NCBI GenBank assembly: GCA_034722435.1 | Contig: JAYENX010000009.1 | Span: 1-18,548 of the forward strand | Origin: Nanobdellota archaeon | GTDB lineage: Archaea > Nanobdellota > Nanobdellia > Woesearchaeales > JAHWHD01 | Length of the DNA stretch: 18,548 nucleotides | Direction: 5' to 3' | In this document: positions 1-7,642 of the stretch, one piece after another | How the letters are laid out: the number at the start of each line of letters is the position of its first letter | How positions within the stretch are numbered: position 1 is the first letter of the stretch | Notes under the pieces: model-generated | The model's input: only the letters and a program-made list of their open reading frames with translations | The model's database searches: none | What the model was told of the DNA's origin: nothing | Translations under genes and position numbers: made by a program

Positions 1-1
1 G

Positions 2-124
2 GATATGGAAGAGTTTCTTGATGTGTTGGAAACTAAGTTTAAAATAGTTGATAAGAAGTCATTTTTTATTATTGATGATCTTAAGAGGGAGAGTTTTATG
101 AGCAATCTTATGTTTTTGGAATAG
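2..124 (+). CDS. 3' end of a gene cut by the window edge; probable Lrp/AsnC-family regulator paralogous to the next gene
   Basis: Frame 2 reads DMEEFLDVLETKFKIVDKKSFFIIDDLKRESFMSNLMFLE* (TAG 122-124). It aligns by eye with the C-terminus of the 198-626 protein (MKDYSNFKDELEK...TFVLEELKKEGFSNF). Confidence 0.6.
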   Translation, partial: DMEEFLDVLETKFKIVDKKSFFIIDDLKRESFMSNLMFLE

Positions 125-197
125 TTTCTATATTTGTCAGAAGATTTTCAATGTTTGTGAATAAAGACTTTTAAATCTTATTTGTTTATCTAAATTG

Positions 198-626
198 ATG
201 TTATCTAAAAATGAAATAGTTGTACTTAAACAGATTAGAGAAAATTCTAGAGAGACCTTATCAAGTATGAGCAAGAAAATTAATATTCCTATATCTACTA
301 TTTTTGAGATATTGAAACGGTTAGAGAGAAAAGTGGTGTCAAAGCATGTTTCGTTATTGGATTTTTCTAAGCTAGGTTATGGGTTGAAAGTTAATTTTCT
401 TTTGAAAGCGTCTGATAAAGATTTATTGAGGCAGTTTTTGGTGCAAAATTCTTCGATTAATGATGTTTCAACGTGTTTGAATGAACATGACTTTTATATT
501 AAATGTATTTTCTCTTCAATGAAAGATTATTCTAACTTTAAGGATGAACTTGAAAAGAATGGTGCTGATTTTGAAGAAACATTTGTTCTTGAAGAACTAA
601 AAAAGGAAGGTTTCTCTAATTTCTGA
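198..626 (+). CDS. Lrp/AsnC-family transcriptional regulator
   Basis: N-terminal HTH (VLKQIRENSRETLSSMSKKINIPISTIFEILKRLE), linker LDFSKLGY and a RAM-like C-terminal domain. ATG 198 preferred over TTG 195 because the TATA-like box TTTTAAAT lies at 169-176. Confidence 0.85.
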   Translation: MLSKNEIVVLKQIRENSRETLSSMSKKINIPISTIFEILKRLERKVVSKHVSLLDFSKLGYGLKVNFLLKASDKDLLRQFLVQNSSINDVSTCLNEHDFYIKCIFSSMKDYSNFKDELEKNGADFEETFVLEELKKEGFSNF

Positions 627-733
627 ATAGTTTCCGAGATTTATTTTATGTTCGTAAATGTTTTGTTTTTATTCGGAGTATCGTCGACATTTCTTGAATA
701 AGCTACTTTAAAACTCTTCACTCATTGAAGTGT

Positions 734-2671
734 ATGAGATTAAACCAAATAATTGCAACTGCATTGATAGGGGCTACAGCTCTTATGATTCCTGGAACAG
801 CTGATGCTTTGTCTACTAAAGGTCAAGCTTATCTTGACCATCTTAGAAGTAAAAGACAAGTAGTACAGATTGAAAAGAGTTCTTCAAGGTCTGTGGTTCG
901 ACCTATGCATTCTAATGTATCTAGTTTGAGTGATTTTGATAGCGGTCTTCTTTATCGTGATTCTAAAACTTTACGTGAAATTAAATCTAAAAATAATAAA
1001 GTTAAAGCTGAAACTAAAGCTAAAAGTTATATTAAATCTAGAACTAAAATTAAACCTAGATCTAGATCTAAAGTTGATGTTCTTAATAGAAGAAAAATTT
1101 ATTCAGGTAAGGTACGGTTTGAATATGGGCAGAATTTGGAGGATAGGTTGAAGCCTGGTTTTAGTCCTTATGTTCCGGAAAGTGTTGCTTTAGGTCTTTC
1201 TCGAGTTGATTATGATGTTAGGAATTCTTTTAATAAAATGATGACTGATAGAGGTTCTTATGCTGATGTTATTGGTTTTATGAAGGATAAGACTGAGAAG
1301 CAAAAACTCTTGGCGGTGAGAAGTATGGCTGGTTTAGCGGGAAGTATGATGTACGATCATACTCAGAATACTGATAGAGTGGAGAAATCTGAATTTTTTA
1401 ACAGGTTACAGAATGCTTATAATGATGAGAAAACGAAGTACGGTGTTTGTAGGCATATACATGGCGTAATATCTGAGATGGCGCGTGATATGGGTTTAGG
1501 AGCTTTTAGTAGTTCAGTGAACTCCTCGGCTGGTGGTCATGTTGTATCGACTGTTTATACTAAAGATCTTGGTTGGCTTGTTGTGGATTATAGTACTATA
1601 CATGTTACTGGAGCTAGAACTTTGAGTAAAGCTTTAAATTATTATCAGTTGCAGCATGATGAAATAACTTTTGATCATAATGTTTTTGATGGAACTCATA
1701 AAGGTAAAGTTTATTCTGAAGGGTATGAACAGATGAATGAGTTCCTTGGAATTCATAAAAAAGGTATTTGTGCAGATACTAAAGATGTATTGTTAAGGCG
1801 GAATGTAGTTGATAGGACAAGGTTAGTAGTAAAGAATTCTCCTAATGAAAGATCTGTTACTTACAAGGCTAAACAAAAATCTGCTGTTGGTGATGGTGGT
1901 TCAGAGGGTGGATTAGTGGTTAAGTATGGGGAGATTGACTGGAAAGATTGGAAAGGTACTACTGCGAAAGTTGCTGCTTTAGGTTATGGACATGATGGGG
2001 TTGATTCGAAATCGTTTGGTGGTCTTATCAGGATGACTAATGAAGATGTTGATTATAATATTTTAAGGTTTTATGGGGTATATGGGTCTAAAGATTCTGG
2101 GAGTTCAGGATCGAGGGTTGTGCTTGGCGGGGATATTTTTAAGGAAGTATCTCGATCAGGGAAAAAGTCTCAACATCCAAAATCCGTTGTTGATGATTTT
2201 CTTCTTACAACCGGATTTTCTAAGTATAAACAATCTAAAAATTCAAGAAGTGATTTTTATGTGATGGCACATTTAGATATAGGTTCTCCGGAAGATTATA
2301 ATTATGATGATGATGGTGTGATCTTTGGTAAGCCAACTATTGTGAATAAAGTTATAGGGTTTAATCAGAGTTTTGCATTTGGAAAGACTAGGCTTGATTT
2401 GAATCCTGAGTATGAAGTTACGCCTACTCATAAAATGAAGAATTTCGAAATCTATACGATGGGTCCAGGTGTAAGGTTAAGGGCAAAGTACGGTTTAGGT
2501 TCACCAAGAGATTCAATGTTTTCTGAGAGGAAAAAAATTGAAGCGTCAGGTGAATTTTCAATAGGTAGAAATCTTGATTTTGAAATACAGTATGAAAAAA
2601 CTGAAGATGATTATCATGGTATTAAAATTGTAGATGAGAAAAAGTTTGGCGTTGTTAAGGTGAGATTTTGA
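734..2671 (+). CDS. Secreted protein with a transglutaminase-like (Cys-His-Asp) domain and a beta-strand-rich C-terminal domain
   Basis: Sec-type signal MRLNQIIATALIGATALMIPGTADA, basic low-complexity linker, motifs YGVCRHIH / GGHVV / WLVVDY, and a C-terminal half of amphipathic strands ending FGVVKVRF. ATG 734 preferred over TTG 725. Confidence 0.6.
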   Translation: MRLNQIIATALIGATALMIPGTADALSTKGQAYLDHLRSKRQVVQIEKSSSRSVVRPMHSNVSSLSDFDSGLLYRDSKTLREIKSKNNKVKAETKAKSYIKSRTKIKPRSRSKVDVLNRRKIYSGKVRFEYGQNLEDRLKPGFSPYVPESVALGLSRVDYDVRNSFNKMMTDRGSYADVIGFMKDKTEKQKLLAVRSMAGLAGSMMYDHTQNTDRVEKSEFFNRLQNAYNDEKTKYGVCRHIHGVISEMARDMGLGAFSSSVNSSAGGHVVSTVYTKDLGWLVVDYSTIHVTGARTLSKALNYYQLQHDEITFDHNVFDGTHKGKVYSEGYEQMNEFLGIHKKGICADTKDVLLRRNVVDRTRLVVKNSPNERSVTYKAKQKSAVGDGGSEGGLVVKYGEIDWKDWKGTTAKVAALGYGHDGVDSKSFGGLIRMTNEDVDYNILRFYGVYGSKDSGSSGSRVVLGGDIFKEVSRSGKKSQHPKSVVDDFLLTTGFSKYKQSKNSRSDFYVMAHLDIGSPEDYNYDDDGVIFGKPTIVNKVIGFNQSFAFGKTRLDLNPEYEVTPTHKMKNFEIYTMGPGVRLRAKYGLGSPRDSMFSERKKIEASGEFSIGRNLDFEIQYEKTEDDYHGIKIVDEKKFGVVKVRF

Positions 2672-2787
2672 TACTTGATTTTGTTTATACATTGATGGAT
2701 AAGTATGGTTTGTTAGAATTTTCTGCAATTTATCAATCTCCTGATGTTCATAAATATTCTCTTGAAAGTAAATTGTTACAAGATTAG
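2668..2787 (+). CDS. Possible 39-aa small ORF not in the supplied track
   Basis: TTG 2668 overlaps the upstream TGA and is preceded by AGGTGA. Reads MILDFVYTLMDKYGLLEFSAIYQSPDVHKYSLESKLLQD*. An alternative ATG lies at 2695. No recognisable family. Confidence 0.25.
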   Translation: MILDFVYTLMDKYGLLEFSAIYQSPDVHKYSLESKLLQD

Positions 2788-2800
2788 TCTTTAAATTAAC

Positions 2801-2846
2801 GAAACGTTTATAAACTGAAAACGCATTTTCTTTGTTCAGAGGTGAT
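2801..2846 (+). promoter_or_regulatory. Archaeal BRE/TATA promoter plus Shine-Dalgarno site
   Basis: GAAACG (2801-2806) is followed by TTTATAAA (2807-2814). GAGGTGAT (2839-2846) precedes ATG 2851. Confidence 0.7.
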
Positions 2847-2850
2847 AGTT

Positions 2851-3159
2851 ATGGCTAGAAAGAAGGCTAGGAAATCTGCTGCGAAAAGACCAGCTAGACG
2901 AAAAGCATCTGTTAGAGTAAGCAAGCCAGCTAATAAATTCAAACAAAATCATGCATGGGGACTTCTAGGTTTATTGTTCAGTCTTGTGAGTTTAGTGTTA
3001 GTATACTATAAAGGTGTACAGAGTGGACTTATACTAGCGATACTTGCTATAGTATTTTGTGAGAATCAAAAGAATATCTGGCACTCAAACATTAATGCTT
3101 GGGGTACTGTATTAGGTATACTTGCAGTTGTATTGCATTTAGTATTTGTTGGATTATAG
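2851..3159 (+). CDS. Small membrane protein with an Arg/Lys/Ala-rich N-terminal tail and a 3-TM (DUF4190-like) module
   Basis: MARKKARKSAAKRPARRKAS followed by three hydrophobic helices. The SD site fixes the start at 2851. Confidence 0.7.
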   Translation: MARKKARKSAAKRPARRKASVRVSKPANKFKQNHAWGLLGLLFSLVSLVLVYYKGVQSGLILAILAIVFCENQKNIWHSNINAWGTVLGILAVVLHLVFVGL

Positions 3160-3217
3160 AAACATTTTTATTTTATTTATCTTATTCTTTTTTTATTTTA
3201 ATTGGAGGTTAGAAAAA

Positions 3218-3508
3218 ATGGGAATACAATTAACACCTGAAGAGATGGAACTCGTTAAACAAGGCACGTTAGATCCTGCTAATATAATGGAGCATAGAAA
3301 GATACATCCAGTACGTTCAATAAATATTAACGAGGTTGATGTTATTAAGCAAGAGATTCGTGATGTGAATGTGAAGTACAGAGAATCGATTGATAGGAAT
3401 AAAGAACTTTATGATTTGCTTATAGAAAATCGTGGAGAGAAGGAGAAGTGGCGAAATAAGCTTGCAGAGTTACGTAAGAAAAAGAAAGAATTGTTAGGGT
3501 TGATATAA
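3218..3508 (+). CDS. Hypothetical protein with a C-terminal coiled coil (96 aa)
   Basis: SD GGAGGT (3204-3209) precedes ATG 3218. The longer ORF-track N-terminus is T-rich intergenic DNA. Heptad-like C-terminal half. Confidence 0.7.
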   Translation: MGIQLTPEEMELVKQGTLDPANIMEHRKIHPVRSININEVDVIKQEIRDVNVKYRESIDRNKELYDLLIENRGEKEKWRNKLAELRKKKKELLGLI

Positions 3509-3509
3509 A

Positions 3510-3992
3510 ATGAGGAATTTATTATTTGTATTGTTTGTTTTATTTCTGTTAGTAGGTTGTTCAAGTGAAGTTAGTGAACCTAAACAGGTTGAACCAGTGA
3601 TTGGTTCGGACACTGAGGTTTTGGATGAAATGGTTTTAGATATTGTAGAAGAAGATTCAGATAATGATGATTCTGTTGAAGAGATTTTAGTAGAAGACGA
3701 AATTGATGATGAAGTTGTTATCGAAGAAGAAGTTGTAGAAAAACCTGAAGAAGTAAAAGTTGCTATTAGAGATCAGGAGTTTCAACCTTCGGAGATTACG
3801 ATTAAACCTAATACAAAAGTTACCTGGACAAATTATGATCGTGAATATCATTTGATATCGGGTGAAGGGTTTGTTTCAAAGATTCTTGGGAGAGGTGGAG
3901 TTTTTACGTACTTGTTTGATGTTGAAGGAGAATTTGTGTATAATTGTACAATGGATTCTTCTTTATCTGGAATGGTTGTTGTTGAGAATTAA
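3510..3992 (+). CDS. Lipoprotein with an acidic linker and a cupredoxin (plastocyanin/azurin-like) domain with degenerate copper ligands
   Basis: Lipobox LLVGC, E/D/V-rich linker, and cupredoxin motifs FQPSEITIKPNTKVTWTNYD..YH and YNCTMDSSLSGMVVV. Starts 1 nt after the upstream stop. Confidence 0.8.
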   Translation: MRNLLFVLFVLFLLVGCSSEVSEPKQVEPVIGSDTEVLDEMVLDIVEEDSDNDDSVEEILVEDEIDDEVVIEEEVVEKPEEVKVAIRDQEFQPSEITIKPNTKVTWTNYDREYHLISGEGFVSKILGRGGVFTYLFDVEGEFVYNCTMDSSLSGMVVVEN

Positions 3993-4004
3993 TTTTTATT
4001 TTTA

Positions 4005-4025
4005 TATTATTATTATTATTATTAT
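4005..4025. repeat. (TAT)7 trinucleotide repeat at a convergent gene junction
   Basis: Read directly from the sequence; it overlaps the stop codon of the 4022-4348 gene. Confidence 0.85.
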
Positions 4026-4348
4026 CTTAATTCTAATTGAGATTCTGTGTAAGCGATAATGGTGTTAAGCATTGCATAAGATTCATTTGTTTCTTCTTCT
4101 TTTCTTCTGTTTAGTATTTTTCGGCTCATGTATTCTGTTACTTGGTCTTTGTGAGGTTGGCCAATGCCAGTTTTTATAGATCGGGCAAGGCAGGCGTATA
4201 TTCTGAAGTACCACGCATTCATTCCATCCATTTTGGTTTTTTTAAGTGTAGTTGCTGTCTTAAGAATTTCTTTGAGAAGTATTTCATCTCGTGGACAGTT
4301 TTTACCTAGAAGTGTTTCTAATTTTTGGGCTCTTATTTCGGGGGTCAT
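4022..4348 (-). CDS. Hypothetical protein (108 aa)
   Basis: Minus-strand TTTAAATA (4371-4378) lies 22 nt upstream of the ATG. Helical-looking sequence with no recognised family. Confidence 0.6.
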   Translation of the reverse strand: MTPEIRAQKLETLLGKNCPRDEILLKEILKTATTLKKTKMDGMNAWYFRIYACLARSIKTGIGQPHKDQVTEYMSRKILNRRKEEETNESYAMLNTIIAYTESQLELR

Positions 4349-4420
4349 TTATTAGTTTTAAAGAGGGTTTTATTTAAAGCTTGGGTAAAGTTTTTAAATT
4401 CTGTATTTGTTTTATTTGTT

Positions 4421-4786
4421 ATGGGACTTCAATCAAGGGTGTTATTGGTGAAAAACGATAAGGTTCTTCTTATTCATAGAGTTAAGAATGGTAAAGAGTA
4501 TTGGGTTATACCTGGCGGGCATATTGACGAAGGGGAGACTCATGAGCAAGCAGCTATTCGTGAAGTTAAGGAAGAGACTAATCTTGATGTTATTAATCTT
4601 TCATTGTTATGGGAAGATGAAAAAGGGTATGTGTTTAAAGCTAAATTTACAGATGGCGAGTTACGGTTTACGGGTCCTGAATTGGAGAACGCGAATGAGA
4701 ATAATAGTTATGAGCTTGAATGGGTCTCTGTTGTTAAAGCTAAAGATTTAGTTGTTTATCCTGAAAAGGTTAAAGACTTTTTGTAG
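4421..4786 (+). CDS. NUDIX hydrolase
   Basis: Nudix box PGGHIDEGETHEQAAIREVKEETNL. ATG 4421 chosen because TTTTTAAA (4391-4398) is 22 nt upstream. Confidence 0.9.
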   Translation: MGLQSRVLLVKNDKVLLIHRVKNGKEYWVIPGGHIDEGETHEQAAIREVKEETNLDVINLSLLWEDEKGYVFKAKFTDGELRFTGPELENANENNSYELEWVSVVKAKDLVVYPEKVKDFL

Positions 4787-4832
4787 GAATGTTTTTATAG
4801 TGATTAATTATTTGTTTCTCAGGTGATATTAA

Positions 4833-5387
4833 ATGAAAGCATTATTAGCTTTAATTTTTGGAATTTTAGGTTTAGTTCTTATTTGGGTGCCTGTTGTTGG
4901 TCTGGTATTGGCTGTGTTGGCAATAGTTTTTTGGTCATTACAAAGAGAGAATCCTAAAGGTATTGCAACTGTTGGACTTGTCTTAGCTATTATAGCTATA
5001 GTGTTTCAAACATTGATAGTTGTAGGTGCGCTTGCTATGTTTGGTGTGCTTGAACCTAATAGTTTTATGCCTGGTAGATGTATTATGCCTGCTGGTATGG
5101 ATTGTTTAGATAATTATTATGATAATGGTAATATTTATCTTGAGTTTCAAAACAATAAAGGTGTAACAGTCGAGATTAGCCGTGTTGAATTAGTAAATAG
5201 TGATACTGATGAAATATGTAAAGTTGATTCAAATGTTGTTGTTGGAAATATGGCTGTTGAAAGATTTATCATACCTTGTACTTTGACTAGTGAAGACTTG
5301 AATAGGTTCGATGTGGTTGTTTCATATCGTAATCAGGGTTCGGATCTGGAGAAGACTGTAGCAGGAGATTTGGTGATAAGGGGTTAG
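4833..5387 (+). CDS. Membrane protein: DUF4190-like 3-TM module fused to an archaeal pilin-like extracellular domain
   Basis: SD AGGTGAT (4821-4827), three TM helices, then GALAMFGVLEPNSFMPGRCIMPAGMDCLD and a beta-rich domain with a second Cys pair. Confidence 0.65.
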   Translation: MKALLALIFGILGLVLIWVPVVGLVLAVLAIVFWSLQRENPKGIATVGLVLAIIAIVFQTLIVVGALAMFGVLEPNSFMPGRCIMPAGMDCLDNYYDNGNIYLEFQNNKGVTVEISRVELVNSDTDEICKVDSNVVVGNMAVERFIIPCTLTSEDLNRFDVVVSYRNQGSDLEKTVAGDLVIRG

Positions 5388-5432
5388 GTGGATAGAGTAA
5401 TCTTTAATTTTTTCTTTTTTTTATTAATATTA

Positions 5433-5786
5433 CTAAGGAAGTAAGTTATCATCAATAGGTATTTCTAATAATTCTTCAATTACTTCGTCTAAATCAGTTT
5501 TATCTTGTTTAGATCCTTGTTGTGTGATTTTTATCATCATGCGTAAAGCTCTTTGAGTTCCGTGAAGGTAAGGTTTTGTATTGTTCTTTTTAAATATTTC
5601 AAATCTGTTTTCCATGTCTATTGCAATGTTCCAATATACAAGTCCTGGAAGGCCGTAAAGAGCCTTTTGTTCATGACAATTATATATGTACGCCGCTAGA
5701 AAATGTGTGAGATCTACACCTAGTTGCTTTTTGTTTATTTCTGCGTCTCGCAGTACATTTTCTTTTATGTATTTTTTCTTTTCCAT
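5433..5786 (-). CDS. Hypothetical protein (117 aa)
   Basis: ATG lies 1 nt downstream of the stop of the 5788-6351 gene, so it is probably co-transcribed. No recognised family. Confidence 0.6.
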   Translation of the reverse strand: MEKKKYIKENVLRDAEINKKQLGVDLTHFLAAYIYNCHEQKALYGLPGLVYWNIAIDMENRFEIFKKNNTKPYLHGTQRALRMMIKITQQGSKQDKTDLDEVIEELLEIPIDDNLLP

Positions 5787-5787
5787 T

Positions 5788-6351
5788 TTAAAAGTTTATT
5801 GATAAACCTCCTAAATATTTGAGATCTTTCATGCCGTGGCTGTTAAAACCTCTTCCTTGGATGAATGCTGAACTTTTTTTGTTCAATTTCCATAATAGAG
5901 TTGGTTCTAAGTATGTTCTTTTGAAATCTGTATTAGTGTATAGTTTGGTTGTTAATCTTCCGAATGATTTTTTTGCCAGGAGAGATGCTTCATTTTTTCT
6001 CCAACTGTTAAGTTGTTTAGGAAAGTAACAGAAGCGTACAAATGCTTTGTTTTTCTTTTTTATTTTTGGTTGTACTGTAACTGCTAATCTTATTTGATCA
6101 TCAAGGGTTGCAAATGATTTTATTTCTCCTTGCACACCTATAGGTCCTTTTAGTTTGTAGAATTGTTCTGCTTTCGCGAAATATTTATTTTCTATATCTG
6201 CAAAACTGTAAAAGTCTTTGTTTCTGTATTTGATTCTAGTAGTTTGATTTACAGTCGGCATTACAGTGAAAGTTGGTTTAGGTGCTGCGTATGTTGATGT
6301 TGCTAGTGTTGCTGTTAGTGCTAATGTTGTTAGTAGTTTTTTTAAGTTCAT
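5788..6351 (-). CDS. Secreted beta-strand-rich protein with a beta-barrel-like pattern
   Basis: SD AGGTGA (6358-6363, minus), signal peptide MNLKKLLTTLALTATLATSTYA, a series of amphipathic strands, and the C-terminus KYLGGLSINF. Confidence 0.7.
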   Translation of the reverse strand: MNLKKLLTTLALTATLATSTYAAPKPTFTVMPTVNQTTRIKYRNKDFYSFADIENKYFAKAEQFYKLKGPIGVQGEIKSFATLDDQIRLAVTVQPKIKKKNKAFVRFCYFPKQLNSWRKNEASLLAKKSFGRLTTKLYTNTDFKRTYLEPTLLWKLNKKSSAFIQGRGFNSHGMKDLKYLGGLSINF

Positions 6352-6396
6352 ATTGTTTCACCTTTGACTATTATAGTTACTACTCTTGCGTTAATT

Positions 6397-6446
6397 TATA
6401 TAAAAACTAACTCTCTAAATCTGGAGAGTTTTAGAAAATATTAAAT
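6397..6446. promoter_or_regulatory. Divergent archaeal promoter pair flanking an inverted repeat (candidate operator)
   Basis: Minus-strand TTTATATA (6397-6404), AACTCTC-N8-GAGAGTT (6409-6430) and plus-strand TATTAAAT (6439-6446). Confidence 0.6.
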
Positions 6447-6469
6447 ACTTTGGCGTGTTTATGTTCAGT

Positions 6470-7195
6470 ATGGATACATCAATACTTGAGGATTTAGGGC
6501 TTTCTAAGGGAGAGATAAAGGTATATTTAGTGCTTTTAGAGCTTGGAAGTACAAAGGTTGGTCAGGTGATTGAGAAGTCGCGAATGGCTTCAAGTGCTGT
6601 ACATAATGCTCTGAATACATTAACTGTTAAGGGGCTTGTGACATTTATCAAGAAAGGTAAAGTTAAGTATTATGCGGCTGTATCTCCGAAAAGGTTAGTT
6701 GAGTTTATTGATGAAAAGAAACGTCGAGTTTTGAAAATACTTCCTGAGCTTGAGCTTAAACAGAAATTGGCTAAGCAGAAAGAAGAAGCAGAAGTGTTCG
6801 TTGGTTTTAAAGGTGTTACGTCTATGATTAATTATACTCTTGATACTCTTAAGAAGGGTGATGATTGTTTGTTTCTGGCTGCATCAGGGAGTGTTACATT
6901 GTCTGATAGTATACACAAATTTTACAAAAAGTATGATCTTAGACGGATAGAGAAAGGTGTAAAGGTTAAAGGGATCTCTAAGAAAAAGGATAAACATTAT
7001 TTTGAAGCTAGACTGAATGAAGGTGCTAAGATGGAAATACATTATACTGATCTTCCTTTTCCGTCAGGTATTAATTTTGGAAAAGATTGTATTGCAATAA
7101 CTTCGTGGGGAGATGTTCCTGTAGGATATTTGATTAAATCTAAGAAGATTACTGCTGCGTTTAAAGAGTTGTTTTATAGTTTGTGGAAGAGTTAG
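6470..7195 (+). CDS. TrmB-family transcriptional regulator
   Basis: LEDLGLSKGEIKVYLVLLELG...LVTFIKKGKVKYYAAVSPKRL is a TrmB wHTH, followed by a coiled helix and an effector domain (EAEVFVGFKG). ATG 6470 lies 23 nt after the TATA box. Confidence 0.9.
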   Translation: MDTSILEDLGLSKGEIKVYLVLLELGSTKVGQVIEKSRMASSAVHNALNTLTVKGLVTFIKKGKVKYYAAVSPKRLVEFIDEKKRRVLKILPELELKQKLAKQKEEAEVFVGFKGVTSMINYTLDTLKKGDDCLFLAASGSVTLSDSIHKFYKKYDLRRIEKGVKVKGISKKKDKHYFEARLNEGAKMEIHYTDLPFPSGINFGKDCIAITSWGDVPVGYLIKSKKITAAFKELFYSLWKS

Positions 7196-7265
7196 ATGAA
7201 AATTTCGCTATTTTTCCGAGTATTTTAAGAAACTCTTTTAAATGATATTTACATTTTAATTGTTT

Positions 7266-7628
7266 ATGAAGATATATTCTTTTTGTCTTATTGAAAAAGA
7301 ATCTAAGTATTTGGTTATGTTAAAAAGCAAGATGCCTTATTGGAACTTGCCTGGTGGTCATATTGAAGACGGTGAGAATTCTGTGAATTGTGTGATAAGG
7401 GAGACAAAAGAAGAGACTACATTGGATGTGTCCTCTTTAATTTTAATACATGAACTTAAGGTTTATTCTTTTCGAGGTAAGAAGATGGGTGTTTATTTAT
7501 ATAAAACAAATGATGTTAAAGGTTCTGTTGTGTTGAATGATGAACATATTGAATATAAATGGGTTACTAAAAAAGAAATACTTAAATTGAATGTGTTTGA
7601 TTATTTGAAAGAATGGGCACAAGGGTAA
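7266..7628 (+). CDS. NUDIX hydrolase
   Basis: Nudix box PGGHIEDGENSVNCVIRETKEETTL and C-terminal EHIEYKWV. TTTTAAAT (7236-7243) lies 22 nt upstream of ATG 7266. Confidence 0.9.
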   Translation: MKIYSFCLIEKESKYLVMLKSKMPYWNLPGGHIEDGENSVNCVIRETKEETTLDVSSLILIHELKVYSFRGKKMGVYLYKTNDVKGSVVLNDEHIEYKWVTKKEILKLNVFDYLKEWAQG

Positions 7629-7642
7629 GTTTTTTAATTAAA

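Noticed and set aside
930-1151. 73-aa ORF with KLKLKL repeats
   Set aside because: Out-of-frame shadow of the low-complexity basic linker of the 734-2671 gene.
3146-3217. Hydrophobic N-terminal extension of the ORF-track protein 3146-3508
   Set aside because: It is T-rich intergenic DNA overlapping the upstream gene. The SD site GGAGGT supports ATG 3218.
4325-4420. N-terminal extension of the first NUDIX ORF
   Set aside because: It overlaps the divergent gene start and both promoters. TATA spacing supports ATG 4421.
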